DNA from: a virus
Lineage: Duplodnaviria; Caudoviricetes
IMG/VR virus record: IMGVR_UViG_3300050343_000089
Span: 1,679-65,678 of that record
Reading direction: 5' to 3' (one strand)
DNA length: 64,000 nt
In this document: positions 1 through 10,214 of the stretch, piece by piece
Position numbering within the stretch: position 1 is the first letter of the stretch
Layout: each line of letters begins with the position of its first letter
Made by a program: the position numbers and the translations under genes
Notes under the pieces: generated by a model
What the model was told of the DNA's origin: nothing
What the model saw: the letters and a program-made list of their open reading frames with translations, nothing else
Database searches by the model: none

Positions 1-1183
1 CAGCTCATTGAAAATGCCTGGAAGGAATGGGGTAAGGTTGGTAACTGTACAACAAATGGAAGATTGTCATTCTTAGACTGTCAAAAAATATTTATTGAAT
101 CTCTTTGTAGGGATGGAGAAGTATTGATTAGAAAAATCAAAAAGAAGGATTCGCCTTTTGGTTTTGAACTACAATTTTTAGAATCAGATCATTTAGATGA
201 AAATAAAAATGATATTTATAAAGCTACTGGCAATCGTATTAAGATGGGTGTGGAAGTAGATAAGTATGACAAACCAGTTGCTTATCACTTATTTAAAGAC
301 CATCCTTTTGATAGGGTTTATTTAGCTCAAGCACAACACATTAGAGTCCCTGCTGATGAGATTATCCATGCTTACCTACCTACTAGAGCAGAACAAACTA
401 GAGGTGTTTCTTTGGTTGCTACAGCAATGGCTAATGTGAAGATGTTAAATGGTTATTTAGAAGCAGAAATAGTTGCAGCTAGAGTTGGTGCATCTAAAAT
501 GGGTTTCTTTACTTCACCTGATGGTGATGGTTATGTTGGTGATGGAGAGTATGAGGATACCTTCAACCCAACAATGAACGCACAAGCTGGGGTCTTTGAG
601 CAGCTTCCACAAGGTATGGATTTCAAAGCCTTTGACCCTACACATCCAACATCTGCTTTTGATTCTTTTACAACTAGTGTTTTAAGAAGTATTGCATCAG
701 GTTTAAATATTTCTTATCACTCTTTATCAAATGACCTTACATCAGTTAATTACAGTTCAATAAGACAGGGTGCTTTAGAAGATAGAAGTATGTATCAGAT
801 ATATCAACAATTTGTTATAGATCATTTTGTAGACCCCTATCTTTAAATCTTGGTTGGAGATGTCTATTTCAAATGGATATATTAACCTTCCTATGAGCAA
901 GGTGGATAAGTTTACAAAATCAGTGAACTACATACCAAGAAGTTTTGCTTGGATTGACCCTCTAAAAGAAATGCAGGCAAATGTAATTGGTTTGCAAAAT
1001 GGAACATTAAGTTATGCAGATATTGCTGGTGCATACGGAAGAGATACTGAAGAGCTTTTTGAGCAACATCAAAAAGAAATTGAACTAGCCAAACAATATG
1101 GTATTGAATTAGCATATCAACCATTTGGTCAAAAAAACCCTGTAGATGCAAAGATACAAGGCGGAGATGACGAAGATGAGTAA
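1..1183 (+). CDS. Lambda-type portal protein, 5'-truncated by the window, split by a frameshift near 836 (probably sequencing error)
   Basis: ORFs 64-846 and 854-1183 match the intact 497-aa portal at 33189-34682; extra C in agacccctat. Confidence 0.9.
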
Positions 1184-3737
1184 ACCCACTCAAGGTATGA
1201 AATCAGAGGCTAGAAAAGGCTTAGATTGGCGTAAAGAGCATGGCAGGGGTGGAACTAGAGTTGGTGCTGAAAGAGCAAATCAAATCTTAAACAATGAAAA
1301 CCTATCTGATGAAACTATCAAAAGGATGTATAGTTTTTTTAGTAGGCATGAAGTAGATAAGAAAGCTCAAGGATTTAGACCAGGAGAAGATGGATATCCA
1401 TCAAACGGAAGAATAGCATGGGCACTATGGGGTGGAGATGCAGGATTCAGTTGGTCAAAAAAATTAGTCAATCAAATGAAAGATGATAGAAGTATTGAGC
1501 AAAGAGGAACAGAAGATACTCTAAGAGAAAAAGCTACAGAACACAATAAAGATGTTGGCGATAATCCAGCAAAAAGAACTAGCTATTCTACATTACAAAA
1601 AGTTTACAATAGAGGTATTGGTGCATATAACACTAATCCTTCAAGTGTTAGACCTAATGTTTCTTCAAAAGAACAATGGGCAATGGCACGCGTTAATAAT
1701 TTTTTACGAGTCTTAAGGACTGGTAAATACAAGTCAGGGAAGCATGATACTGATCTGTTACCTGAAGGACATCCTTTATCAACTAAAAACAAGGAGAAAT
1801 CTATGAATAAAGAAGATAGACATATCCTGAATGTGAGTGAAACTGATGATAAAGTTATCGTTGAATTTGCGAAGCATGAGGATGTAGAACATGAAGGTGA
1901 AGAATTAGAGACAACTGATGAAGTTTCTATGTCTGAAGAAAGTGAAGAGAGAAAAGTAATAGATATGCCTATGAAATATAGGACTATTGATTTATCTAAA
2001 CACTCTTATCTTGATGAAGACAAAAGAATGGTTCGTGTAGGGGTTTCTAGTGAAGAGCCTGTAGAAAGAAGTTTTGGTATGGAAGTGCTAGGACATTCGG
2101 CTGATGATATAAACATGGAGTTTATAAATTCAGGACGTGCCCCACTTTTGTTAGACCATAATATGGAAAAACAAATTGGTGTAATTGAAGAATTCAAATT
2201 AGATGAGACAGCAAAAAGGACAACTGCTGTAGTTAGATTTGGAAAATCTGCTTTAGCTCGCGAAGTATTTGAAGATGTAAAAGATGGGATACGGATGAAC
2301 ATATCGGTAGGGTATCGCATTGATAAACTGGAACGATATCAAGACAATGATGAGACTTATTACAAGGCAAAATGGACACCTATGGAAGTATCTTCTGTAA
2401 GCGTTCCTGCCGATCAAAGTCGACTTGTTGGAGTGGGTCGTTCTAAAGAAAAACAAATAAACAACACAAAGGTGAGAATAATGGATAACGATAAAAAACA
2501 AGATATTAATCTTGATGAAGTTAGAACTCAGACTATTGATGAAGCTAAAGCTGAATTTAAAAGAAACTCAAAAGAGATCATAGATTTAGCAGCTAGACAC
2601 AATAAAAGAGATTTAGCTGACAAAGCAATCGCTGATGGCGTATCTGTAGAAGAATTCAGAGGTGTATTATTAGAAAATATTTCTAACGACACTCCTTTAG
2701 AAACTCCTTCAGAAATTGGCATGAGCAAAGAAGAAGTCAGAGACTTTAGCTTAATCAAAGCTATAAGAGCAATGGCTAATCCTTCAGACAGAAGAGCACA
2801 GGAAGAAGCAGCATTTGAATTTGAATGTTCTGCTGAAGCTGCAAGACAGTATGGCAAAGATGCACAGGGCATTATGCTTCCTGCTGAAGTGCTAAGAAGC
2901 TGGGGTAAAAGAGACTTAAACACATCTGATGATTCAACTCTAGTAGCTGAAGATTACAGAGGAAATTCTTTTATTGACATACTTAGGAATGAGTCTTCAG
3001 TAATGCAAGCTGGTGCAACTATGCTTCGTGGATTACAAGGAAATGTTGTAATACCTAAGAAAACTGCTGGTGCATCTGCTGGATGGATTGCAACAGAAGG
3101 CGGAGATTCTGCTGAAAGTGAATTCACTTCAGGTTCAGTAACTATGTCTCCTAAAGTAATTGGTGCACATACTGATGTAACAAGACTTTTATTACAACAA
3201 TCTTCTTTAGATGTTGAGAACTTAATCAGAGATGACTTAACAAAATCAATCGCTACTGCAATTGACTTAGGTGCTTTAGCTGGTTCAGGTTCAAGTGGTC
3301 AACCAACAGGTATTGCTAATACTACAGGTATTAACACTACAACTTTCGCTGCTGCTAACCCAACATGGGCAGAAATCGTAGCTATGGAAAGTGCTGTTGC
3401 TAATGACAACGCATTAACTGGTTCTTTAGGTTACATATGTAGACCTGCTGACTTTGGTACTTTAAAAACAACTGAAAAGGCTACTGGTACTGCTCAGTTT
3501 GTTGTTTCTCCTGACAATAGCATGAATGGCTATAATGTTGTCAGAAGTAATCAAGTAACAAGTGGTGACTTCTACTTTGGTAACTTTGCAGACCTATTAA
3601 TTGGTATGTATGGTGGACTAGATATTACTGTAGATGCTTTCAGCCTCAGCAAATCAGGTGGAGTAAGAATTGTTGCTCTACAAACTGTTGATGTAGCTGT
3701 AAGACACGCAGTATCATTCTGTAAATCAAGCGACTAA
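1176..3737 (+). CDS. Fused head polyprotein: two N-terminal accessory domains, HK97-type prohead protease, scaffold and major capsid protein
   Basis: LLDHN...IG and SVGYRI...EVSSVSVPAD protease motifs; C-terminal HK97-fold capsid motifs (GSGSSGQPTGI, FGNFADLLIG); start placed at ATG 1176 after GGAG. Confidence 0.9.
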   Translation: MSKPTQGMKSEARKGLDWRKEHGRGGTRVGAERANQILNNENLSDETIKRMYSFFSRHEVDKKAQGFRPGEDGYPSNGRIAWALWGGDAGFSWSKKLVNQMKDDRSIEQRGTEDTLREKATEHNKDVGDNPAKRTSYSTLQKVYNRGIGAYNTNPSSVRPNVSSKEQWAMARVNNFLRVLRTGKYKSGKHDTDLLPEGHPLSTKNKEKSMNKEDRHILNVSETDDKVIVEFAKHEDVEHEGEELETTDEVSMSEESEERKVIDMPMKYRTIDLSKHSYLDEDKRMVRVGVSSEEPVERSFGMEVLGHSADDINMEFINSGRAPLLLDHNMEKQIGVIEEFKLDETAKRTTAVVRFGKSALAREVFEDVKDGIRMNISVGYRIDKLERYQDNDETYYKAKWTPMEVSSVSVPADQSRLVGVGRSKEKQINNTKVRIMDNDKKQDINLDEVRTQTIDEAKAEFKRNSKEIIDLAARHNKRDLADKAIADGVSVEEFRGVLLENISNDTPLETPSEIGMSKEEVRDFSLIKAIRAMANPSDRRAQEEAAFEFECSAEAARQYGKDAQGIMLPAEVLRSWGKRDLNTSDDSTLVAEDYRGNSFIDILRNESSVMQAGATMLRGLQGNVVIPKKTAGASAGWIATEGGDSAESEFTSGSVTMSPKVIGAHTDVTRLLLQQSSLDVENLIRDDLTKSIATAIDLGALAGSGSSGQPTGIANTTGINTTTFAAANPTWAEIVAMESAVANDNALTGSLGYICRPADFGTLKTTEKATGTAQFVVSPDNSMNGYNVVRSNQVTSGDFYFGNFADLLIGMYGGLDITVDAFSLSKSGGVRIVALQTVDVAVRHAVSFCKSSD

Positions 3738-3758
3738 TTAACTGATGCTTAAATGGAA

Positions 3759-3778
3759 TGGGGGTAGCAATACCCCCA
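3759..3778 (+). other. GNRA-tetraloop RNA hairpin after the capsid gene
   Basis: tgggggta-GCAA-taccccca; copy B has tgggggtg-GAAA-cgccccca at 37258-37277, with pairing retained. Confidence 0.7.
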
Positions 3779-3787
3779 ACTTAAATA

Positions 3788-4002
3788 TGAAAAAATATAA
3801 AATCTTAACAGATACAATGGCTGGCGGTTCTAAAGTACACGCTGGTGATATAGTTGAACTTACTGAAAGCGAAGGTCATTCATTATGTGGTTATGGCAAA
3901 GCAGAGGTTCATGTTGACAAACCTAAAGCTGAAAAACAAGATAGAAGCGTAGGCTTGGAAACATCAAAAGTAAAAGCTCCTAAAACTAGAGCTAAGAAAT
4001 AA
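3788..4002 (+). CDS. Small capsid-adjacent protein (packaging chaperone/gpFI-like position)
   Basis: MKKYKILTD... conserved in copy B; function inferred from synteny only. Confidence 0.6.
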
Positions 4003-4004
4003 TT

Positions 4005-4352
4005 ATGCCAATGGAATTTGATAGAGATTTCAATGGCTATTTAGATGCCACCTATGGGCATGGTATTCAAATTACCTACACACCTACAGGTGGTTCATCT
4101 TCTTCTATCAATGTAATCCTAAACCAAGAATATGTAGATATTGACAGTGGTGGATTACCAGTTCAAGGGTATCAACCAGTAGCACAGGTTAAGACTACTG
4201 ACATACCAAGTATTGCATTTGGTGATACTATAGCTGCTCCAGCTATTAAAAATTTAGATGGAACTCAAATTAAAGCAGCAACTAATTATAAAGTTATAAA
4301 TTTTGAGCATGACAATTTAGGCATGACCTCTTTGCTTCTTGAGGTTCAATAA
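4005..4352 (+). CDS. Head-tail joining/head closure protein (gpFII-like)
   Basis: Size, position and C-terminal DNLGMTSLLLE motif. Confidence 0.65.
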   Translation: MPMEFDRDFNGYLDATYGHGIQITYTPTGGSSSSINVILNQEYVDIDSGGLPVQGYQPVAQVKTTDIPSIAFGDTIAAPAIKNLDGTQIKAATNYKVINFEHDNLGMTSLLLEVQ

Positions 4353-4795
4353 TGGCACACGTCAGACAGCAGATCAGAGAATACTTTGGAACTACATTAA
4401 CAGGCCTAACAACTACAGGTTCTAATGTATATGAATCCAGGGTATACACATTACAAGAATCAACACTACCTTCTTTAGTAATTTATACCAAAGCAGAAAG
4501 CTCTGAGCCAATTGTTATTGGAACTGATAGAGTTATGAGCAGAGATCTGTCTGTTGTGGTTGAAGGATATTGTAAGGCTGTTAGCAATTTTGATGATACT
4601 ATTGATACAATAAGCAAAGAAGTAGAAGAAGCTATTTCTGCTGATAGAACTTTAGGTGGTCTAGCAAAAGACACATATATTGAATCAACAGATATAGAAT
4701 ATACAGGTGATGGAGAACAACCAGTTGGTTATGTTACTCTAACTTTTTTAACGAACTACTATGTCCAGGAAACCAATCCTGATGTGGCGGTATAA
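4352..4795 (+). CDS. Tail terminator protein
   Basis: HVRQQIRE...VYESRVY...LPSLVIY...DRTLGGLA pattern; lies before the tail tube gene. Confidence 0.75.
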   Translation: MAHVRQQIREYFGTTLTGLTTTGSNVYESRVYTLQESTLPSLVIYTKAESSEPIVIGTDRVMSRDLSVVVEGYCKAVSNFDDTIDTISKEVEEAISADRTLGGLAKDTYIESTDIEYTGDGEQPVGYVTLTFLTNYYVQETNPDVAV

Positions 4796-4807
4796 CAGGA
4801 GATAATT

Positions 4808-4978
4808 ATGAAAATGATTAGTCCAAATGGCAAAGTTTCAATAGAAGTTCCACAATCAAATGTGGAAACTATGTTGGATATGGGTTGGAAGGAAGAAGCA
4901 GTCCAGTCGCAAGACAAAATTAAATCTTCTTCTAAGAAAAAGCCGAAAGGCGAGGTAAAAGAAAATGTCAACATTTAA
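4808..4978 (+). CDS. Small hypothetical protein (56 aa, MKMISPNGKVSI...)
   Basis: AGGAG RBS; conserved in copy B at 38709-38879; missing from the ORF track. Confidence 0.7.
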   Translation: MKMISPNGKVSIEVPQSNVETMLDMGWKEEAVQSQDKIKSSSKKKPKGEVKENVNI

Positions 4979-5360
4979 AGGAAATGATGGTATTGTTAAG
5001 CTAGGTACTAGTGGCGGAACAAATATCGTTGGTGAAGTTAAATCATATTCTTTAGAACATACAAGTGATACTGTAGAAGATACAGCTATGGGTGATGGAA
5101 GCAGAACTCATGTAGCAACTTTAAAATCTTTTTCAGGTTCTTTAGATGTTTTTTGGGATGATAGCGACACTAATGGTCAAGGTGCTTTTGTAGTTGGAAA
5201 TACTATAGAATTAAACCTATATCCAGCAGGTGCTTCAGATACTTATTACAGTGGTTCAGCTATTGTTACTGGTGTTTCAAGAACTGGCTCATTTGATGGT
5301 ATGGTTGAAGCGTCATTAACTGTTCAAGGTACTGGCGACTTAAGTACAACAACAGTATAA
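4965..5360 (+). CDS. Major tail tube protein
   Basis: GEVKSYSLE...EDTAMGD...FSGSLDVFWD...GTGDL tail-tube pattern. Confidence 0.85.
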   Translation: MSTFKGNDGIVKLGTSGGTNIVGEVKSYSLEHTSDTVEDTAMGDGSRTHVATLKSFSGSLDVFWDDSDTNGQGAFVVGNTIELNLYPAGASDTYYSGSAIVTGVSRTGSFDGMVEASLTVQGTGDLSTTTV

Positions 5361-5364
5361 GAAA

Positions 5365-5703
5365 ATGTCAGTTATAGATAACGCAAAGAAACATTTTGAT
5401 AGCATAGAAACTAAAATTATAGAAGTCCCTGAATGGGGTGATGATGAAAATAATGCTTTAAAGATTTATTGTAGACCAATAACTCTTTCAGAGACTTCTA
5501 AATTTATGAAACTAGCTCAAGATGACGAGGTACAGCTTTTAGTTTATGTTTTAATTTATAAAGCATTAGACGAGGCTGGAGAAAAGTTATTTACAATCGC
5601 TGATAAGAAAACCTTATTGGAGAAGGTAGACAGAGATGTATTAATTAGAGTTTCTAGTGAGATGATGAATAATGTCTCGCAGGAAGAAGTTAAAAAAAAG
5701 TAA
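5365..5703 (+). CDS. Tail assembly chaperone (gpG-like)
   Basis: Between tail tube and tape measure genes; ends in slippery AAAAAAAAG-TAA. Confidence 0.85.
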   Translation: MSVIDNAKKHFDSIETKIIEVPEWGDDENNALKIYCRPITLSETSKFMKLAQDDEVQLLVYVLIYKALDEAGEKLFTIADKKTLLEKVDRDVLIRVSSEMMNNVSQEEVKKK

Positions 5704-5852
5704 TTGAAGATGAGCAGCTATACATAAAATATGCACTAGCCGAAAAACTAAATAAAACCTTAACTGAAATTGAAGAAATGACAGTTGAGGAGTTTCAGGG
5801 TTGGTTAGCTTATCTTGAAATAAAGGAAGAAAGAAATGCGAGCAGCAGGTAA
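5692..5852 (+). CDS. -1 frameshift extension of the tail chaperone (gpGT-like)
   Basis: -1 frame reads VIEDEQLYIKYALAEKLNKTLTEIEEMTVEEFQGWLAYLEIKEE; conserved in copy B to 39746. Confidence 0.8.
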
Positions 5853-6691
5853 AACAGATTTATTTCTTAGAATATTTGGGTCAGATCAATCCAAAAGGGC
5901 GTTTGATAGTTTTAATAAAAATGCAAAATCTGCAGAAAATTCTGTAAAAAGAATTGCGACTGTTTTAGTTGGTGCATTTAGTGTTAAAGAAATAGCTGAA
6001 GCTGCCAATGTCATGATTGGTGTTAGAAATAGAATGAACGCCTTAACTGGTAGTGCCGATAAGACTACATCAGCTATGAATCAGATGAGAAGAGTAGCAT
6101 CTGATTCAAGATCAGACTTTGATGCAGTTGCTATGCTATATACCAGGCTTGCTTTAGCCACAGAACATTTGGGTGCTACTCAAAGAGATGTTGCTGATGC
6201 TACTCAAACTGTAGCAAATACCTTTATTATTGCTGGCTCTCATGCTCAAGAGGCAAATAACTCGGCTAGACAGTTAGCTCAGGGTTTAGCTTCAGGAGCT
6301 TTAAGAGGAGATGAGCTTAGGTCAGTAATGGAAAACAATACCATTCTGACAAAAATGTTAGCTGATGGTTTAAATATGACCATTGGTGAACTTAGAGAAT
6401 TTGGTCATGCTGGTAAGCTAACAGCAGAAACAGTTATGCCAATTCTTATTGCTGGAACAAAAGAGACTAATGAGCAAATAACAAAAATGCCCATGACCCT
6501 TGGCCAGGCTGCTGTTGCATTGCGTAATAATTTTCAGTTTATGGTTGGTGATATAGAAGACTACAGTAAACTTCAATATATCAACAGTAGATGCTGCTGG
6601 ATTTGACCAGTTACTAGCATCAAGAAAAGGATTGATAACATCAATCATAAACAATGCCATGAACAATCAAGGTAAAATGGGAATAGTGTAA
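5836..6691 (+). pseudogene. Tape measure protein, apparently lacking about 1.07 kb of its middle (out-of-frame join near 6560)
   Basis: Tape-measure N-terminal motif QLAQGLASGALRGDELRSVME; jumps from the equivalent of about 40455 to about 41531 of copy B. Confidence 0.7.
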
Positions 6692-7296
6692 TGTCAGGAC
6701 AATTTCCAACAAACCCAAATTTTAAAAGTCTTAATTTTAAAGACAATAGACCAACACTTGTTAATCAAACACTATCAGGTAAAAAACAAGTCAGACAAAT
6801 AGGTGCTCAATATTTTTCTTTTACAGTTTCAATGCCACCATTACAACAAGAAAAAGCTCAGGAAGTATTTGCATTTTTACAAAAACAAAAAGGCTCTTCA
6901 GGAGACTTTACAATAGTTGCACCATTAGATAACTTAGGTGCAGGCAAGTCAGAAACAGATATACAAGTAGTTGGAGCACATGTATCAGGAGATGCTACTA
7001 TAGCCTTAGATGGCTTTACAGCTAACCAGGTAGATGCTTTAAAGGCTGGAGATTTAGTTAAGTTTTCAGGTCATAGTAAGGTGTATATGGTGCAGAACAA
7101 TATTCAAGCAAATTCTAGTGGAGCACTGACATTACAAATATCCCCAAATCTAGTAACTTCTTTAGCAAATAATGAGGCTGTTACTGTAAATAAACCAAGT
7201 TTTACTGTATATTTAGAAAACAACGAAATTATGTATTCAACAGATGCCAGTGGTTTTTATAGTATTTCATTTGATGTTAGAGAGGTTATAATTTAA
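6691..7296 (+). CDS. Distal tail (Dit-like) protein
   Basis: Directly follows tape measure; conserved in copy B. Confidence 0.65.
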   Translation: MSGQFPTNPNFKSLNFKDNRPTLVNQTLSGKKQVRQIGAQYFSFTVSMPPLQQEKAQEVFAFLQKQKGSSGDFTIVAPLDNLGAGKSETDIQVVGAHVSGDATIALDGFTANQVDALKAGDLVKFSGHSKVYMVQNNIQANSSGALTLQISPNLVTSLANNEAVTVNKPSFTVYLENNEIMYSTDASGFYSISFDVREVII

Positions 7297-7844
7297 TGCC
7301 AAGAAGTTTATCTACTGACTTACAAACTCAAGTATCATCAACATCAACCAAGACAGCTTTTTTGGTTGAACTTAACCTATCATCTACCATTAGATTAACT
7401 GATTGGTATTCTGATGTTACCTATGACTCTAATTCTTATGAGGCTGGTGGTTCTTTTCTATCAGTTGATTCAATTATGGAAACAGGCCAATTAGAAGTTA
7501 ATGAAATCACAATTGGATTTTCTAATATTACAGATCAAGTAAGGTCTTTAGTTCAAGATGGTTCTTTTACAGATAAAACAGTGGATATCCACCTAGCCTA
7601 CTTTAATTCAGACGAAACAATTGTTGGTGCTATAAATTATTTTACAGGGCAAATTAGAAGCGTATCTATAGATGAAAGCATAAATGGCTCAACACTATCT
7701 TTAATAGTGGCTTCACATTGGGCAAATTGGAACTTAACTAAAGGCAGGCATTATTCTGATGAATCTCAACAAGGCTTTAGCACAGGTGACAAGGGTTTTG
7801 AATTTGCTACTCAAGTTAAATCAGATGTAAGGTGGGGAATGTAA
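7296..7844 (+). CDS. Tail tip/hub protein
   Basis: Synteny; GDKGFEF...WG C-terminus typical of siphovirus tail tip proteins. Confidence 0.6.
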   Translation: MPRSLSTDLQTQVSSTSTKTAFLVELNLSSTIRLTDWYSDVTYDSNSYEAGGSFLSVDSIMETGQLEVNEITIGFSNITDQVRSLVQDGSFTDKTVDIHLAYFNSDETIVGAINYFTGQIRSVSIDESINGSTLSLIVASHWANWNLTKGRHYSDESQQGFSTGDKGFEFATQVKSDVRWGM

Positions 7845-10180
7845 TGTCTTTTTGGAGTGCTGTTGGTAAATTCTTTTTAGATGTTGGTGCTGCTGTAATT
7901 GAATATGCAAAAAACAATCCTGTAAGTTTTGGATTACAGTCTGCTACATTAATTGTAGGTGTTAAAGGCTTCATGCAAGCCAAACAGATGATGGCTAAAG
8001 GACAAGATATATTAGCTAATAAAACTTCTGCTGGAGGCAAGCTACCTGTTATATATGGAACTAGGGTGTCGGTGCTCAAATAGTCTATATGGATGTGTCT
8101 GCTAATGACTCAAGAGATTTATATGTAGTCTATGCCTTATCAGTTGGTGAGTGTGATGAAATTATTGGAAGAACTATTGAGCTAGATGGCAATCCTTTAA
8201 CTGATTCAGCAAGATTTAGAGATGGTGGTTATATTGGTTCAGATAAGATATCTTCAGGCTCAGGCTCATTAAATACAGTTTCACAAAATGGCACTGGTAT
8301 AGATGCTGGTGCTGGTCAATTTGGTACAAGTCCTACACAAAAATATAGATATGTTATGAATCTACATCATGGAGCTGCAACACAAACAGCAGACCCTATG
8401 CTTGTTGCTTCTATGCCTAACTGGACTACAGCACATAAACTAAATGGTGTTGCTTATATAGCAGCTCACTATGGTTATGATAAAGAAGGTATATGGTCAG
8501 GAGTACCTCAACTAACAGTTCAAGTTAGAGGTAAAAAAGTATTTGACCCAAGAGACACAAATCAAACATTTGGAACTGTATCTACTTATAATATTCAGAT
8601 AATCCAGCTTTAACCTTTTTAGATTACATAACCAATAATGAGTATGGTAAAGGATTAACACAATCACAAATAAACATGAGTACATTTACTTCTGCTGCTA
8701 ATGTTTGTGATACAGAAGTTGATCAACCTTATTTTAATGGCTCAGCACAATCTCTTACTTGGTCAGGTAACGCTGGAGATGACTTCATAACTATTGGTGG
8801 AACTGTGCTACTACTACTTGGTGGCAAAATAAGTTGGAGAACTAATAGATATTATGACACAAATGGTGATCTCATTATAGATGGTAAAGAGATTACAGAG
8901 ATAAGACAGAGATAATGGATTTTATGATCAAAATGAAGAACTTATTGTTTATATAAATGACACATTAGGCTCAACATATTCTTCACAAACAGGCTCATCT
9001 TTAGTTAAAGTAAAAAGATTTCATTGTAATGGTTATTTAGATGCTAATAAGAATGTCATGGATAATGCAAAAGAACTTCTTGCAAACATGCGAGGTATTT
9101 TTCTTTATATAGATGGTAAGTATGAGTTATCTATAGAAGATACAGGAACATCTACATTTAATATTACTGACGATCATATTATTTCCGATACTGGCATATC
9201 AGTTGACTATGGCAAAAAAGACAAAAAGGCCAATAAGGTTATTGTTGAATTTTATAATGCTAATAAAAAATACGAATTAGATACAGCTACAGTTTTACAT
9301 GATGCAAGTCCTGAATATTATTCAGATGATGGTGATGAGGTGCTTGAAGTTAAAGCTGAGTTCCCTTATATAAGCGACCCTTACATAGCCTACAACATGG
9401 GTAAGGCAATCTTAACTAGAAGTAGAAATCAGACCACTATGCAGTTCTTAGGAACTCCTGAAATGTATAAATTGAATGTTGGCGATATTGTTTCTCTTAC
9501 TTATGCAGGTCTTGGATTTTCAGGAAAAACATGCAGAGTAGAGGCATTAGAATTAGAGCCTAATGGCCTGGTTGCAGTTAGCCTAATAGAATACTTTGAT
9601 GTCTATACATGGGAAGTACCACCTCAAGAACCAGTAGAAGAATTAGCTAATTTACCTTCTGCTTATGCAGTTAAAGCTCCAACAGGATTATCATTTACTG
9701 ATACTGATTCTAGTTCAACAGGTAGACCATTCTTATCTTGGAATGAACCAACAGATTTTCCTAACTATCAATATAGGGTTAATGTTGTAGATAGTTCAGG
9801 CAATCAAGTAATAAATAGAATAGTAGATGTAGAGAATTGTGATTTAAACTTTGTGCCTGTTGACAGGCTCTTATGTTGCTAGTGTTACTTCTTTAAATAC
9901 ATTAGGTACAGAATCTTCTCCAGCTAGATTTCCAACAACAGGCACTTTTACTATTGGTGATGCTCCCACACGAACTCCTGATATTAAGGATGATGCTATT
10001 ACTACTCCTAAAATATTAAATAATAATGTTACTGATGCAAAAATAAATTCCTTAACAGCAAACAAACTTACAGCAGGAACTATAGATGCTTCAGTTATTA
10101 CAGTTACTAATTTAGATGCAGATAATATAACTTCAGGAACTATTGGTGATATGACAAAATTGTTTAGCCATTGGTGCTGA
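7844..10180 (+). CDS. Central tail tip/host-specificity (gpJ-like) protein, broken into five ORFs by indels
   Basis: LPVIYGTR, LNGVAYIA, VRGKKVFDPR, DNPAL motifs; colinear with 42812-45230; may continue into 10215-12230. Confidence 0.75.
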
Positions 10181-10214
10181 TGTAAAAAATCAGCTAAAAG
10201 TTGATGGCATATCA

